DNA of 25,088 nucleotides from a virus (taxonomy: Duplodnaviria > Caudoviricetes). Numbering within the stretch: position 1 is the first letter of the stretch; the number at the start of each line of letters is the position of its first letter. Both the position numbers and the translations under genes were made by a program. The stretch is taken from positions 1 through 25,088 of IMG/VR virus record IMGVR_UViG_3300017700_000475; one strand, given 5' to 3'. The notes under the pieces are model-generated. The model had not been told where the DNA came from, ran no database searches, and worked only from the letters and a program-made list of their open reading frames with translations. Shown here piece after piece: positions 1 through 8,519 of this stretch.

Positions 1-2
1 AG

Positions 3-302
3 ATCCGCGCAGCCATCAAGGGCGCGAAGAGTCTAGAGGAGGGTGTTGAGTTCCTTAAGTCGTTTGACATCGTGGTTCACCCGCGCTGCAAGCACTTGAT
101 TGATGAGCTGTCGCTGTATAGCTATAAGACCGATCCGCTGACTGGTCTTGTGCTGCCGATGCTGGCAGACAAGGACAACCACCTGATAGACGCGCTGAGA
201 TATGCGTGTGAAGGCGCAAGGCGTGCAGCGGCGTCCAAGCCTGTGACCCTCAAACCCAAACTAACGATTTCCAGCGGCCCAAGCCGACAAGGATGGATGT
301 AA
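3..302 (+). CDS. terL: Terminase large subunit, C-terminal nuclease region (PBSX/Terminase_3-like), 5'-truncated by the window edge
   Basis: The frame is open from base 3 (IRAAIKGAKSLEEGVEFLKSFDIVVHPRC...). It has the typical C-terminal motif 'DKDNHLIDALRYA' and lies directly upstream of the portal. Confidence 0.9.
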   Translation: MRAAIKGAKSLEEGVEFLKSFDIVVHPRCKHLIDELSLYSYKTDPLTGLVLPMLADKDNHLIDALRYACEGARRAAASKPVTLKPKLTISSGPSRQGWM

Positions 303-305
303 CAC

Positions 306-2459
306 ATGGCCCGTAAAAAGTCAGAGTCAAAAGCGGACGCGGATATTGTCGAGGAATGCCACCGCATCTTCGGCTTGTGCGTTGACCGCGAAAGCACTCC
401 GAGCAAGCTATGGAAGGAAGATCTACGCTTTGCCAATGGCGACCCGGACAACGGCTACCAATGGGAAGAGGGGCGCCGCAAGCAGCGCGAGCATGAAAAG
501 CGCCCATGCCTGACTATCAACAAGGTCAAGCAGCACAACCGCCAGATCACCAACGATGCACGGCAGAACAAGCCCAGCGTGCGCGTTTATCCGGTTGATG
601 ACGGCGCGGACAAGAAAACGGCTGAGATATTCAACGGCATCATTCGCCACATCGAGGCCAACAGCGATGCAGACACGGCGTACGACACCGCTTGCGAGTT
701 CGCTGTTGACGCTGGCTTGGGTTACTGGCGCGTCACGACTGGCTATTCCAGCGATGACAGCTTTGACCAGGATATCTTTATTGAAGCGGTGCGCAACCCG
801 CTGAACGTGTATCTGTACGGCTATACAAAGGTTGACGGGTCCGACGCAACGCACGGCTTTGTGTTTGAGGACATGCCAAAGAAGGACTATGAAGGACGCT
901 ATCCCGATTGCGAGCCTGTTGGCTGGTCAAACACAGAATCAACCGACTGGCTGAACGAGGAAAAGATCCGCGTCTGCGAATATTTCAGGGTTGTTGAGGA
1001 AAAAGACACACTGATCGCTGGACCTGACGGCGAGACCAAGCTGCTCTCCGAGATTAAAGAGGCAGATCCAGAGCTTGCTAAGCTGGTCATGGCCGACGAA
1101 ACCTACAAAAAGCGCAAGGTCGCCAAAAAGCTGGTCAAGTGGTATCTGATCGCCGGTAAGCAGATCAACGACCGCCGCGACTGGCTGGGCAAGTACATCC
1201 CCATCGTTCGCGTGATTGGTGAGGAAGTGGAGATTGACGGCAAGATCGACCGCAAGGGCCACACGCGGGCGATGAAAGACGCCCAGCGTATGTACAACTA
1301 CTGGACCAGCGCGGCGGTTGAGTTTGTGGCGCTGCAGGGTAAGCAGCCGTATCTCGCGCCGGCTGAGGCTATCGCCGGGTACGAGCAGTTTTGGGACGGG
1401 CTGAACGAGCGCAACGACCCCTATCTTCCGTACAACGGTCTGGATGCGCAGGGCAATCAAATTGCCAAACCAGAGCGGCAGCAACCGCCCGTCATGGCTC
1501 AGGCATACGTGCAGGGCATGGGCATAGCGTCAGAAGAAATGAAGATGGCGAGCGGGCAATATGACGCTTCTATCGGTGCGAAGTCGAACGAAACATCTGG
1601 TGTGGCAATCACGGCCCGCCAGCGCCAAGGCGACAACGCCACCTTCCACTTCACCGACAACAAAGCCCGCTCGATCTGCTTTACCGGCAAGATTCTGGTT
1701 GACCTGATCCCCAAGGTGTACGACACGCCGCGCATCGTTCGGATGTTGGGCGAGGACGGCTCTGACGAAATGGTCAAGATCGAACCGGAACAGAAAGAAT
1801 CGCTGACTGAAGAGCGCGACGAGTTGACTAGCCAGATCAGGAAGATTTTCAACCCCAATGTCGGGCGGTTTGATGTGACGGTTGCGGTTGGCCCGAGCTA
1901 CAACACCAAGCGGCAGGAGGCTTTTGCCGCACTGAACGAAATGGCCGCGCGCAATCCGCAGTTGCTGCAAGTGGCCGGCGACCTGATCATGAAGGCCGCA
2001 GACTTCCCGATGGCCGATCAGTTGGCAGAGCGCATGGAGAAAACCCTGCCGCCTGGCCTCAAGGACGACGACGAACAGAAAGGCCCATCGCCTGAAGTTG
2101 TGCAACTGCAGGAACAACTCAAGCAGTTCTCCGAGGCGCTGACCAATGCGGCGGCTGAGGTGGACAAGCTGGAGTCAGAGCGCAACGACAAGTCCGGAGA
2201 GTTGAACGTCCGACAGGTTGAGGCAAATACCAAGGCTTACGACGCTGTGACCAAGCGTCTGCAGGTGCTTGGCCCGCTTCTGAACCCTGTAGAGGTCAAG
2301 ACCCTGGCCGACGAAACGCAGCGCGAGGCGATGGCCCAGCCAGATCCGGGTATGGAGCCGAGTCCGACGATGGGTATTCCAGAGCCGACACCCGAACAGA
2401 TGCCGCCAGACCCGGCAATGCAGCAACCACAGAAACCGCCCCCCGAGGCGGTTTTTTAA
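306..2459 (+). CDS. P22-like portal protein
   Basis: 717 aa. Motifs 'RPCLTINK', 'DAQRMYNYW', 'SNETSGVAI..RQ.QG' and 'GRFDVTVAVGPSY.TKRQEA'; C-terminal coiled coil; follows terL. Confidence 0.93.
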   Translation: MARKKSESKADADIVEECHRIFGLCVDRESTPSKLWKEDLRFANGDPDNGYQWEEGRRKQREHEKRPCLTINKVKQHNRQITNDARQNKPSVRVYPVDDGADKKTAEIFNGIIRHIEANSDADTAYDTACEFAVDAGLGYWRVTTGYSSDDSFDQDIFIEAVRNPLNVYLYGYTKVDGSDATHGFVFEDMPKKDYEGRYPDCEPVGWSNTESTDWLNEEKIRVCEYFRVVEEKDTLIAGPDGETKLLSEIKEADPELAKLVMADETYKKRKVAKKLVKWYLIAGKQINDRRDWLGKYIPIVRVIGEEVEIDGKIDRKGHTRAMKDAQRMYNYWTSAAVEFVALQGKQPYLAPAEAIAGYEQFWDGLNERNDPYLPYNGLDAQGNQIAKPERQQPPVMAQAYVQGMGIASEEMKMASGQYDASIGAKSNETSGVAITARQRQGDNATFHFTDNKARSICFTGKILVDLIPKVYDTPRIVRMLGEDGSDEMVKIEPEQKESLTEERDELTSQIRKIFNPNVGRFDVTVAVGPSYNTKRQEAFAALNEMAARNPQLLQVAGDLIMKAADFPMADQLAERMEKTLPPGLKDDDEQKGPSPEVVQLQEQLKQFSEALTNAAAEVDKLESERNDKSGELNVRQVEANTKAYDAVTKRLQVLGPLLNPVEVKTLADETQREAMAQPDPGMEPSPTMGIPEPTPEQMPPDPAMQQPQKPPPEAVF
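2433..2457 (+). terminator. Intrinsic terminator-like hairpin overlapping the last portal codons
   Basis: AAACCGCC-ccccga-GGCGGTTT followed by TTT. Confidence 0.6.
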
Positions 2460-2477
2460 CGCCTAAACAGAACAGCG

Positions 2478-2509
2478 AAGGCCCTCCGAGCAATCCGAGG
2501 GCCTTTTTT
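2478..2509 (+). terminator. Intrinsic terminator-like hairpin between portal and scaffold
   Basis: AAGGCCCTC-cgagcaatcc-GAGGGCCTT followed by TTTT. Confidence 0.7.
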
Positions 2510-2556
2510 ACGTCCGTCTTCGTCCGGTTTGACGATGCAAAACCCCTTGGGAAACC

Positions 2557-3288
2557 ATGACCGAAGAAGTTCAAACAGCCCTGCCGGCTGAAGTCCCCGC
2601 GACTGAACAGGCTGCAAACGTCGAAAAACCCAGCACGGAAGCGACACCCGAGCAAACGCAGGAAGGCGCAGCAGCGCAAGAGAACACCGAGGCCCCAAAA
2701 AAGGAGCCGTGGTTTCAAAAGCGCATCGATGTACTGACCCGCGAGAAGTACGAGGTACGGCGACAAGCGGACGAGGCACTGCAAGAGGCAGCGCAACTCC
2801 GCGAGCAAATCGCACGGCAACAGCAAGGCGAACCCAACCCGAACCCTGCGGGCGACGTGGAAACACTCGCAACCCAAAAGGCGCGGCAGATGGTAGCCGA
2901 GCAATCGTTTAACGAGGCGTGTAACAAGGTCTACGCCAAGGGCAAAGCGGAGTTTCCCAACTTCGATGCGTCATTGGCAAATCTTCATCTGGTAGGCGTC
3001 GGTCGGGAATTTCTCGAACTTACCGCCACCAGTGATGCGGGCGAAAAGCTCATTCAACACCTTGGCACCGATCTGGACGAAGCCGCACGAATCGCAGCCC
3101 TTCCCCCGCTTCAGATGGCCCGCGAATTGACCAAGCTGGAAATCAAGCTGAGTCAAATCAAGCCAAAGCCTGTTTCAAACGCACCCGCGCCGCTGTCCTT
3201 GGTGACAGGGACTGGTGGCGGTTCCAAGTCGCCTGCAGAAATGAGTGATGCGGAGTACGCCAAGTGGCGCAAATCAGCACGGACTTAA
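2557..3288 (+). CDS. Capsid scaffolding protein
   Basis: Lies between portal and coat. Acidic N-terminus, coiled coil ('FQKRIDVLTREKYE'), and a scaffold-type C-terminus 'PVSNAPAP...MSDAEYAKWRK'. Confidence 0.85.
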   Translation: MTEEVQTALPAEVPATEQAANVEKPSTEATPEQTQEGAAAQENTEAPKKEPWFQKRIDVLTREKYEVRRQADEALQEAAQLREQIARQQQGEPNPNPAGDVETLATQKARQMVAEQSFNEACNKVYAKGKAEFPNFDASLANLHLVGVGREFLELTATSDAGEKLIQHLGTDLDEAARIAALPPLQMARELTKLEIKLSQIKPKPVSNAPAPLSLVTGTGGGSKSPAEMSDAEYAKWRKSART

Positions 3289-3304
3289 CTTTTAAGGATT
3301 TCAA

Positions 3305-4546
3305 ATGGCTAATACCCTCAAGTTCATTGACATGGTAGCGCGTGAAGCGCTTGCCGTGGCACATGAAAAATGCCAATTCATTGGCACTACCGACCGCCAG
3401 TATGACGACTCGTTCGGCAAAACTGGCGCCAAGATTGGTTCTTCGCTGCGCGTGCGCAACCCGAACCAGTACACACGCCGCCAAGGCTCCCGCGTCATGG
3501 ACGTGCAGGACCAGAACGAGTCTGTGCAGACCATCACCGTCGCCACTCAGGACGGCGTGGACATGCGCTTCAACTCTGCCGAACTGGCACTGGACACCGA
3601 CAACGTGAACGATGTGGCCGCTTTCACCAAGCGCTATATCGAGCCCGCCGTGTCCTCGATGATTTCCGGCATTGAAGCGGACTATCTGGCCTTTGCCACC
3701 AAGGCGACCTACAACGTCGCCGGCACGGCTGGTACTGCGATCACGTCGCTGGTTGCCCCGGGCGCAGCTCGCGCTAAGCTCAATCAAGGCTTGGCACCGA
3801 AAAGCGACCGCTACATCCAGATGGACTCGGTGACGATGGCCGGCCTGGTCAACGGCGTTGCTGCCTACTTCGCCCCCAACGGCGACATCAGCAAGCAGTT
3901 CCGTGAAGGCATGGTCCAGCGCACGGCGATGGCTGACTACTACGAGAACGAGCGCGTCTGGACGCTGACCAACACGGATGATGTGACGGCAGATACCGAT
4001 GCGGCCGCTCTGGTGACTGATGGCGGTTCGACCATCGACATGCATACCCTGCTGCCGGTTGCAAAACAGACGGTCGGCTCGGTGTTCACTGTTGCCGGTG
4101 TTTACGCCTGCCACCCTGAAACAAAGGCGGCTTACGCTCATCTGCAGCAGTTCACCATCACGGCTGTCGGCGCTACGACCACGACTATCTCTCCCGCCAC
4201 CTATCTGACTGGCGCGAAAAAGAACGTGTGTAGCTCGACGGGCGGTGATCTGGCGACAACCGACTTCAACGCCAAGGGCCTGACCTTCATCGGTGCCGCT
4301 TCCGCCAGCTATGCACAGTCGCTGATGTACCACAAGGACGCCTTCCAGTTCATCACTGCGGACCTGCCGCTGATGGACGACGCACACAAGTGCGCCCGCC
4401 GTGTGCAAGAGGGCCTGAGCCTGCGCGTGTGGCAAGCCTCCGACATTCGCAACGACGAAATGCTGATGCGGATCGACATGCTCTACGGCATGGCCGCGCT
4501 GCGTCCGGCATGGGCTTCCCGAATGATCGGCGCCGCCGCTGCCTAA
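3305..4546 (+). CDS. Major capsid protein, P22 coat (gp5) family
   Basis: 413 aa. 'MANTL...REAL', 'RQYDDSF...GAKIGSSLRVR' and C-terminal 'RIDMLYG...LRP.WA.R'; SD AAGGA upstream. Confidence 0.93.
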   Translation: MANTLKFIDMVAREALAVAHEKCQFIGTTDRQYDDSFGKTGAKIGSSLRVRNPNQYTRRQGSRVMDVQDQNESVQTITVATQDGVDMRFNSAELALDTDNVNDVAAFTKRYIEPAVSSMISGIEADYLAFATKATYNVAGTAGTAITSLVAPGAARAKLNQGLAPKSDRYIQMDSVTMAGLVNGVAAYFAPNGDISKQFREGMVQRTAMADYYENERVWTLTNTDDVTADTDAAALVTDGGSTIDMHTLLPVAKQTVGSVFTVAGVYACHPETKAAYAHLQQFTITAVGATTTTISPATYLTGAKKNVCSSTGGDLATTDFNAKGLTFIGAASASYAQSLMYHKDAFQFITADLPLMDDAHKCARRVQEGLSLRVWQASDIRNDEMLMRIDMLYGMAALRPAWASRMIGAAAA

Positions 4547-4552
4547 GCAATA

Positions 4553-4574
4553 GGGGTGGCGTAACTGCCGCCCC
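4553..4574 (+). promoter_or_regulatory. Stem-loop after the coat gene (mRNA-stabilising or weak attenuator)
   Basis: GGGGTGGC-gtaact-GCCGCCCC, 8 bp with one G-U pair; no U tract. Confidence 0.45.
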
Positions 4575-4598
4575 GTTCAACTTCACAAAGGAAAAATC

Positions 4599-4847
4599 AT
4601 GGCTTCTTATGAACGACTCGACTACGGCTCTCCGGATGGCTGCCTTGTTGGCGGCGCCTCCACTGACAAGGTGGCTTTGCACGGCGCGACTCCGGTAGTG
4701 CAGGCATCCGCCATCACCACTGTGGTAAGCGGCACGGCTGCGACAACTGCGACTTACGGCACGGTCAATCCTGACATTGCGGCAATCATCGTGGCGGTCA
4801 ACGCCATTGTGGTTGCGCTGCGCAACAAGGGCATCACGGCGACCTGA
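4599..4847 (+). CDS. Small head accessory (decoration/head-fibre-like) protein
   Basis: 82 aa directly after coat, with SD AAGGA. The C-terminus 'VAVNAIVVALRNKGI' resembles head-fibre/decoration termini; Thr-rich middle. Confidence 0.6.
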   Translation: MASYERLDYGSPDGCLVGGASTDKVALHGATPVVQASAITTVVSGTAATTATYGTVNPDIAAIIVAVNAIVVALRNKGITAT

Positions 4848-4850
4848 TCC

Positions 4851-5594
4851 ATGCGGATCCAGTTTGAATCTGGCGGTTGCGTTCCGGAAGCGGAGATACA
4901 GCGCAACCGCCAGTATTCACAGTCGCTCGGTCTGCCATATCCAAAGCCGACCGGGCGCAACAAATTAGCTGTAGTCGGTGGTGCGCCATCGGCTCGCAAT
5001 CATATTGAGCAAATCAAGGGTTTTGAGGACGTTTGGGTTATCGCCAGCGCCTTCCCTTGGGCGTATTCGCAGGGAATCAGGGGTACTTACTTCAACATCG
5101 ACCCGAGCGCGGATTGCGTTGAAGAGGTCGCCAACGTGCAAAAGGCAATTCTTGCATCCAACGTGCATCCGGGCGTGTTTGACGCGCTCAAGGGCCGCGA
5201 TGTAAGCGTCTTCGACCTCGTGACGACTGCGGAGCGCATGAACCACGGCGCGACGACTGCAACCGCCGTTCCTGAGTTGGCGATTCTGCTGGACTACACG
5301 GAAATAGTGTTTTTCGGGTGTGAGTCCAGCTTTGAGAACGAGACCCACCTTTACCGCAACGACCTGAATACCAACCCGGTATCTATGGATGTTTTGTGCA
5401 ACGGCCAGAGCTTCCAGACCCGCCCGGATTATTTGATGCAGGCCGAATTTCTGGCCGCAATGATCCGCCAGTTTCCGCAGTTCAAAGAGGAAAGCGGCGG
5501 CTTGTTACGGGCGATGGTTGCCGATCCGGACTACGACATAACGCACGTTTCAAAGGCGCTCTTTTCAACCCTAAAATTTGAAAGTAAGACATGA
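4851..5594 (+). CDS. Maf/DUF115 (MptE-like) family protein, putative glycosyltransferase
   Basis: Ordered motifs 'LAVVGGAPS' (GxGPS-like), 'GIRGTYFNIDP', 'LASNVHPGVFDAL', 'GATTATAVPELA', 'EIVFFGCESS' (IxLxGxD-like) and 'THLY' match the Maf/DUF115 pattern. Confidence 0.72.
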   Translation: MRIQFESGGCVPEAEIQRNRQYSQSLGLPYPKPTGRNKLAVVGGAPSARNHIEQIKGFEDVWVIASAFPWAYSQGIRGTYFNIDPSADCVEEVANVQKAILASNVHPGVFDALKGRDVSVFDLVTTAERMNHGATTATAVPELAILLDYTEIVFFGCESSFENETHLYRNDLNTNPVSMDVLCNGQSFQTRPDYLMQAEFLAAMIRQFPQFKEESGGLLRAMVADPDYDITHVSKALFSTLKFESKT

Positions 5595-5818
5595 CATTCA
5601 TGACACACCCGCAGCACGGAGCGAACAACGTCAGCCCGAGCGATGTTGCCACGCAAGAAAAAGCAGGCTGGAAAGTGACCGACCGCGCTGAATGGATGGC
5701 GTCCAAGGGGAAGCAGCCGCCAGATCCCGTGGAAGAGCCTTCCGACACAGTTCCACCTGAAGCTTTGCCGCCTGCCGCCGAAAAGAAAAAACCCGGACGC
5801 AAGCCTAAGGCCCGTTAA
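5591..5818 (+). CDS. Hypothetical small virion-module protein
   Basis: 75 aa. ATGA overlap with the upstream gene, TAATG overlap with the downstream gene; Pro-rich linker and basic tail 'KKKPGRKPKAR'. Confidence 0.7.
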   Translation: MTFMTHPQHGANNVSPSDVATQEKAGWKVTDRAEWMASKGKQPPDPVEEPSDTVPPEALPPAAEKKKPGRKPKAR

Positions 5819-6504
5819 TGACCACCGCCAGCGATTTGATTGAGCTGGCCCTGCGCGACAGCGGGGCATACGGTGAAGGCGAAACCGTCTCCGCTGGCGA
5901 CAGCTCGGACTGTTTCACCACGCTGCAGCAACTGCTGGCGCTGTGGCAGATCGACGGGATGATGGTTTATTCACAGGTTACGTCATCGTTTGTTCCGACC
6001 GGCGCCGTGAGTTACACGGTCGGCGCAGCCGGAACAGTCGCCATCGTCCGGCCAGACAAGATCGAAAGCGCCTTCTGGCGCAGCGGGACGCTTGATTACC
6101 CCATTGCGATGCTCGATTCCTATGAGGAATATCTCGACATTGTTCAAAAGACGCTGGGATCTGATCCGCAGTACGCCTTCTACCTCCCGAGCTACCCACT
6201 GGGCACGCTTTACCTGTATCCGCAGCCATCGAGCGGCACGGTGCATTTGACGCGCATTGAACGCTTGCCGTCGCTTACATCCGTCACGGACACGATTGTT
6301 CTTCCTGATGCCTACATGCTGCCGATCCGGTACAGCCTGGGCGAGATTTTCTTGATGATGTTCAGCCTTCCACCGAATCAGATGCTTTCGCGCATGGCCG
6401 CAAACGCCCGTCGCATGGTTGGCCGCAACAACCTGCGCATCAATTCGCTTGGCATGCCAGCAGGAATTCCGCAGCGCCTGCGTAGCAATATCTTGACGGG
6501 CTGA
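5818..6504 (+). CDS. Head-to-tail adaptor (P22 gp4-like)
   Basis: N-terminus 'MTTASDLIELALRDSG...GE' and 'LYLYPQP'; precedes the gp10-like gene. Confidence 0.75.
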   Translation: MTTASDLIELALRDSGAYGEGETVSAGDSSDCFTTLQQLLALWQIDGMMVYSQVTSSFVPTGAVSYTVGAAGTVAIVRPDKIESAFWRSGTLDYPIAMLDSYEEYLDIVQKTLGSDPQYAFYLPSYPLGTLYLYPQPSSGTVHLTRIERLPSLTSVTDTIVLPDAYMLPIRYSLGEIFLMMFSLPPNQMLSRMAANARRMVGRNNLRINSLGMPAGIPQRLRSNILTG

Positions 6505-6506
6505 GG

Positions 6507-7913
6507 ATGGACCTCACCCCGATCCCGCTCTTTGGACTGAGCAACAAGAGCAGAAGTCCGTCCGTTACTGACCAAGAGCGCGTCAACCTGTACAGCGAAA
6601 TCTCGCCCGATGGCGAGCGCGGCGGGAAGATCGCCATGTACCGCCCGCCCGGGTTGACTGCTCAGAGCAACTATGGCGCGAACCCTTGCCGGGGCGCGTG
6701 GAGCCACGGGGACTTTAAGTACTACGTCAACCGCGACAAGCTCTGGAAAGAGGCCAACGATGGCACGCAGACCAGCCTTGGCACTCTGCTAACCACTGGC
6801 GGCATTGTTGATATGGCCGACAACGGCACGCAGTTGATGATTGTTGACGGCACTTACGGCTACATCCTGACTTTCGCAACAGATGTATTTGCTCAGATTA
6901 CCGATGTAGATTTCCCGGCAAGCCCTACAGGCGTCACGTTTCTCAACCTGCGATTTATTGTCACATCAGACGGTACGGGCGTGTATCAATGGTCGGCGAT
7001 TAATGATGGCACGAGCTGGGACGCGCTGGACTTTGCCACAGAGGAAAGCAACCCGGATAACCTGATTCGCCCATTTTCTGACAACGGCCAAGCGGTCCTG
7101 TTCGGACAGTACACCACTGGTTTTGCGGGATCTTCAAATTCAGACGATGCAGCATTTGCCCGAATCGGCGCTGCGGCTATCGAATTCGGACTTGCTGCCC
7201 GCTGGTCACTGGCGAAGTTCGACCAGTCGCTGATTTTCCTGAGCAAGAACCGGCTTGGCGGTGTGCAGGTCTGCACCCTGAGCGGCTACACGCTCAACGT
7301 CGTATCGAACGCAGACATTGAAACGCTGTTTTCCAGCTATGCGGGCATCGACAGCGCAACCGGCTTTTCTTTCCGCCACCAGGGCCACAGCTTTTACCAG
7401 ATCAACTTCACCGCAGAGAACATCTCGTGGCGGTATGACGGCAAGACTGGCGACTGGTATCAGGCTGAATCAAGCGGCGGGCGGCATCGCGCAGAACTGC
7501 AAGTCAACCACCAGAACCGCAGCTATGTGACCGATTACGAGACAGGCAACACCTACCTGTTCGACCCGGACGCACTGACCGACAACGGCGCAACGATCAC
7601 CCGCAAATTTATTGGACGCCACCTGACAACCGGCAACGTCTCGCGCTTCGCTGAAATCTGGATTGATATGCAGATGGGCGTCGGAACGACGACCGGGCAG
7701 GGCGTTAACCCGCAATTGATGATGCGGATCAGCAAGGACGGCGGAAAGACTTGGGGCAACGAGCGCTGGGCAGACATAGGCATTTTGGGCGACTACAAGG
7801 CAAAAGCCAAGTTCCGCAGACTAGGCCGGACTGACCCATCTTGGACGTTTGAGTTCACCGTGACAGATCCGGTAGACGTGGTGTTTATTGGTGCGTGGGG
7901 GCGCCGTGGCTGA
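6507..7913 (+). CDS. Packaged-DNA stabilisation protein / tail hub (P22 gp10-like)
   Basis: 468 aa, beta-propeller-like. 'MADNGTQLMIVDG', 'FATEESNPD', 'GHSFYQINF' and 'SKDGGKTWGNERW...G..G.Y'. Confidence 0.88.
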   Translation: MDLTPIPLFGLSNKSRSPSVTDQERVNLYSEISPDGERGGKIAMYRPPGLTAQSNYGANPCRGAWSHGDFKYYVNRDKLWKEANDGTQTSLGTLLTTGGIVDMADNGTQLMIVDGTYGYILTFATDVFAQITDVDFPASPTGVTFLNLRFIVTSDGTGVYQWSAINDGTSWDALDFATEESNPDNLIRPFSDNGQAVLFGQYTTGFAGSSNSDDAAFARIGAAAIEFGLAARWSLAKFDQSLIFLSKNRLGGVQVCTLSGYTLNVVSNADIETLFSSYAGIDSATGFSFRHQGHSFYQINFTAENISWRYDGKTGDWYQAESSGGRHRAELQVNHQNRSYVTDYETGNTYLFDPDALTDNGATITRKFIGRHLTTGNVSRFAEIWIDMQMGVGTTTGQGVNPQLMMRISKDGGKTWGNERWADIGILGDYKAKAKFRRLGRTDPSWTFEFTVTDPVDVVFIGAWGRRG

Positions 7914-8166
7914 TCCAGTAGCCCGCCCAACGTCAGGCACACAAGACGCGAACGGCAACCTCACGCCCGGCTGGAATAGCTGGTTTAACTGGGTGCACCA
8001 GCTTGCGTCTGCGATGAGGCAGTCAGGCCCGACAGCGAGCCGCCCGACCGCTGGGCTTTGGATCGGTCGGCAGTTCTACGACACCACCTTGAATTACCCG
8101 GTGTGGGTGGATTCGATCACTGCCGGTGTGGCTACGTGGAAAAACGGTGCGGGCACAACGGTGTGA
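7906..8166 (+). CDS. Small tail protein in the tail-needle (gp26) position
   Basis: Probable GTG start at 7906 overlapping the gp10 end. The motif 'GPTASRPT...GRQFYDTTLNYPVW' resembles small domains of fibre/spike proteins. Confidence 0.6.
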   Translation: MADPVARPTSGTQDANGNLTPGWNSWFNWVHQLASAMRQSGPTASRPTAGLWIGRQFYDTTLNYPVWVDSITAGVATWKNGAGTTV

Positions 8167-8519
8167 CGCATCTAGAGGCTGCATGGGAGTCCGTCAACAC
8201 ACGGCACCCCATCAGCTTCGCCATGTTCTGCGAATCCGTGAAGGGTTGGACGGTTTACCCAGTAACGGTTGATGGACAGGTAGCGGGTGCTTTGCTGACA
8301 GACGGCCCCGAGATACACGCCTGCATCTTGCCGTTTGCGCATGGCAAGTGGCTGGGCCGCTGGGTGTTGCGGCTGATTAACGAATTGATTGAACAACACG
8401 GCTATGCGCAAACGCATGCCAGCACGGCAGTGGGCGTCGAGTTTGTGACGCGGCTTGGCTTTACCCCACACGACGACGCATTTAGAAGGACCACAAAATG
8501 GGCATTGAAACAATCTTAG
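8163..8519 (+). CDS. GNAT-fold / P22 gp14-like protein
   Basis: GTGA-coupled start at 8163. 'EIHACILPFAHGKW' and 'FVTRLGF' are GNAT-like; lies just before the ejection genes. Confidence 0.6.
   Translation: MTHLEAAWESVNTRHPISFAMFCESVKGWTVYPVTVDGQVAGALLTDGPEIHACILPFAHGKWLGRWVLRLINELIEQHGYAQTHASTAVGVEFVTRLGFTPHDDAFRRTTKWALKQS

Noticed and set aside
3158-4435. 425-aa antisense ORF, and similar shadow ORFs over the portal and ejection genes
   Set aside because: These are antisense shadows of strongly codon-biased structural genes, with no motifs or SD.
4520-4600. Programmed frameshift or read-through fusing coat to the decoration protein
   Set aside because: There is no slippery heptamer at the coat end, an in-frame TAG follows the TAA, and the downstream gene has its own SD.
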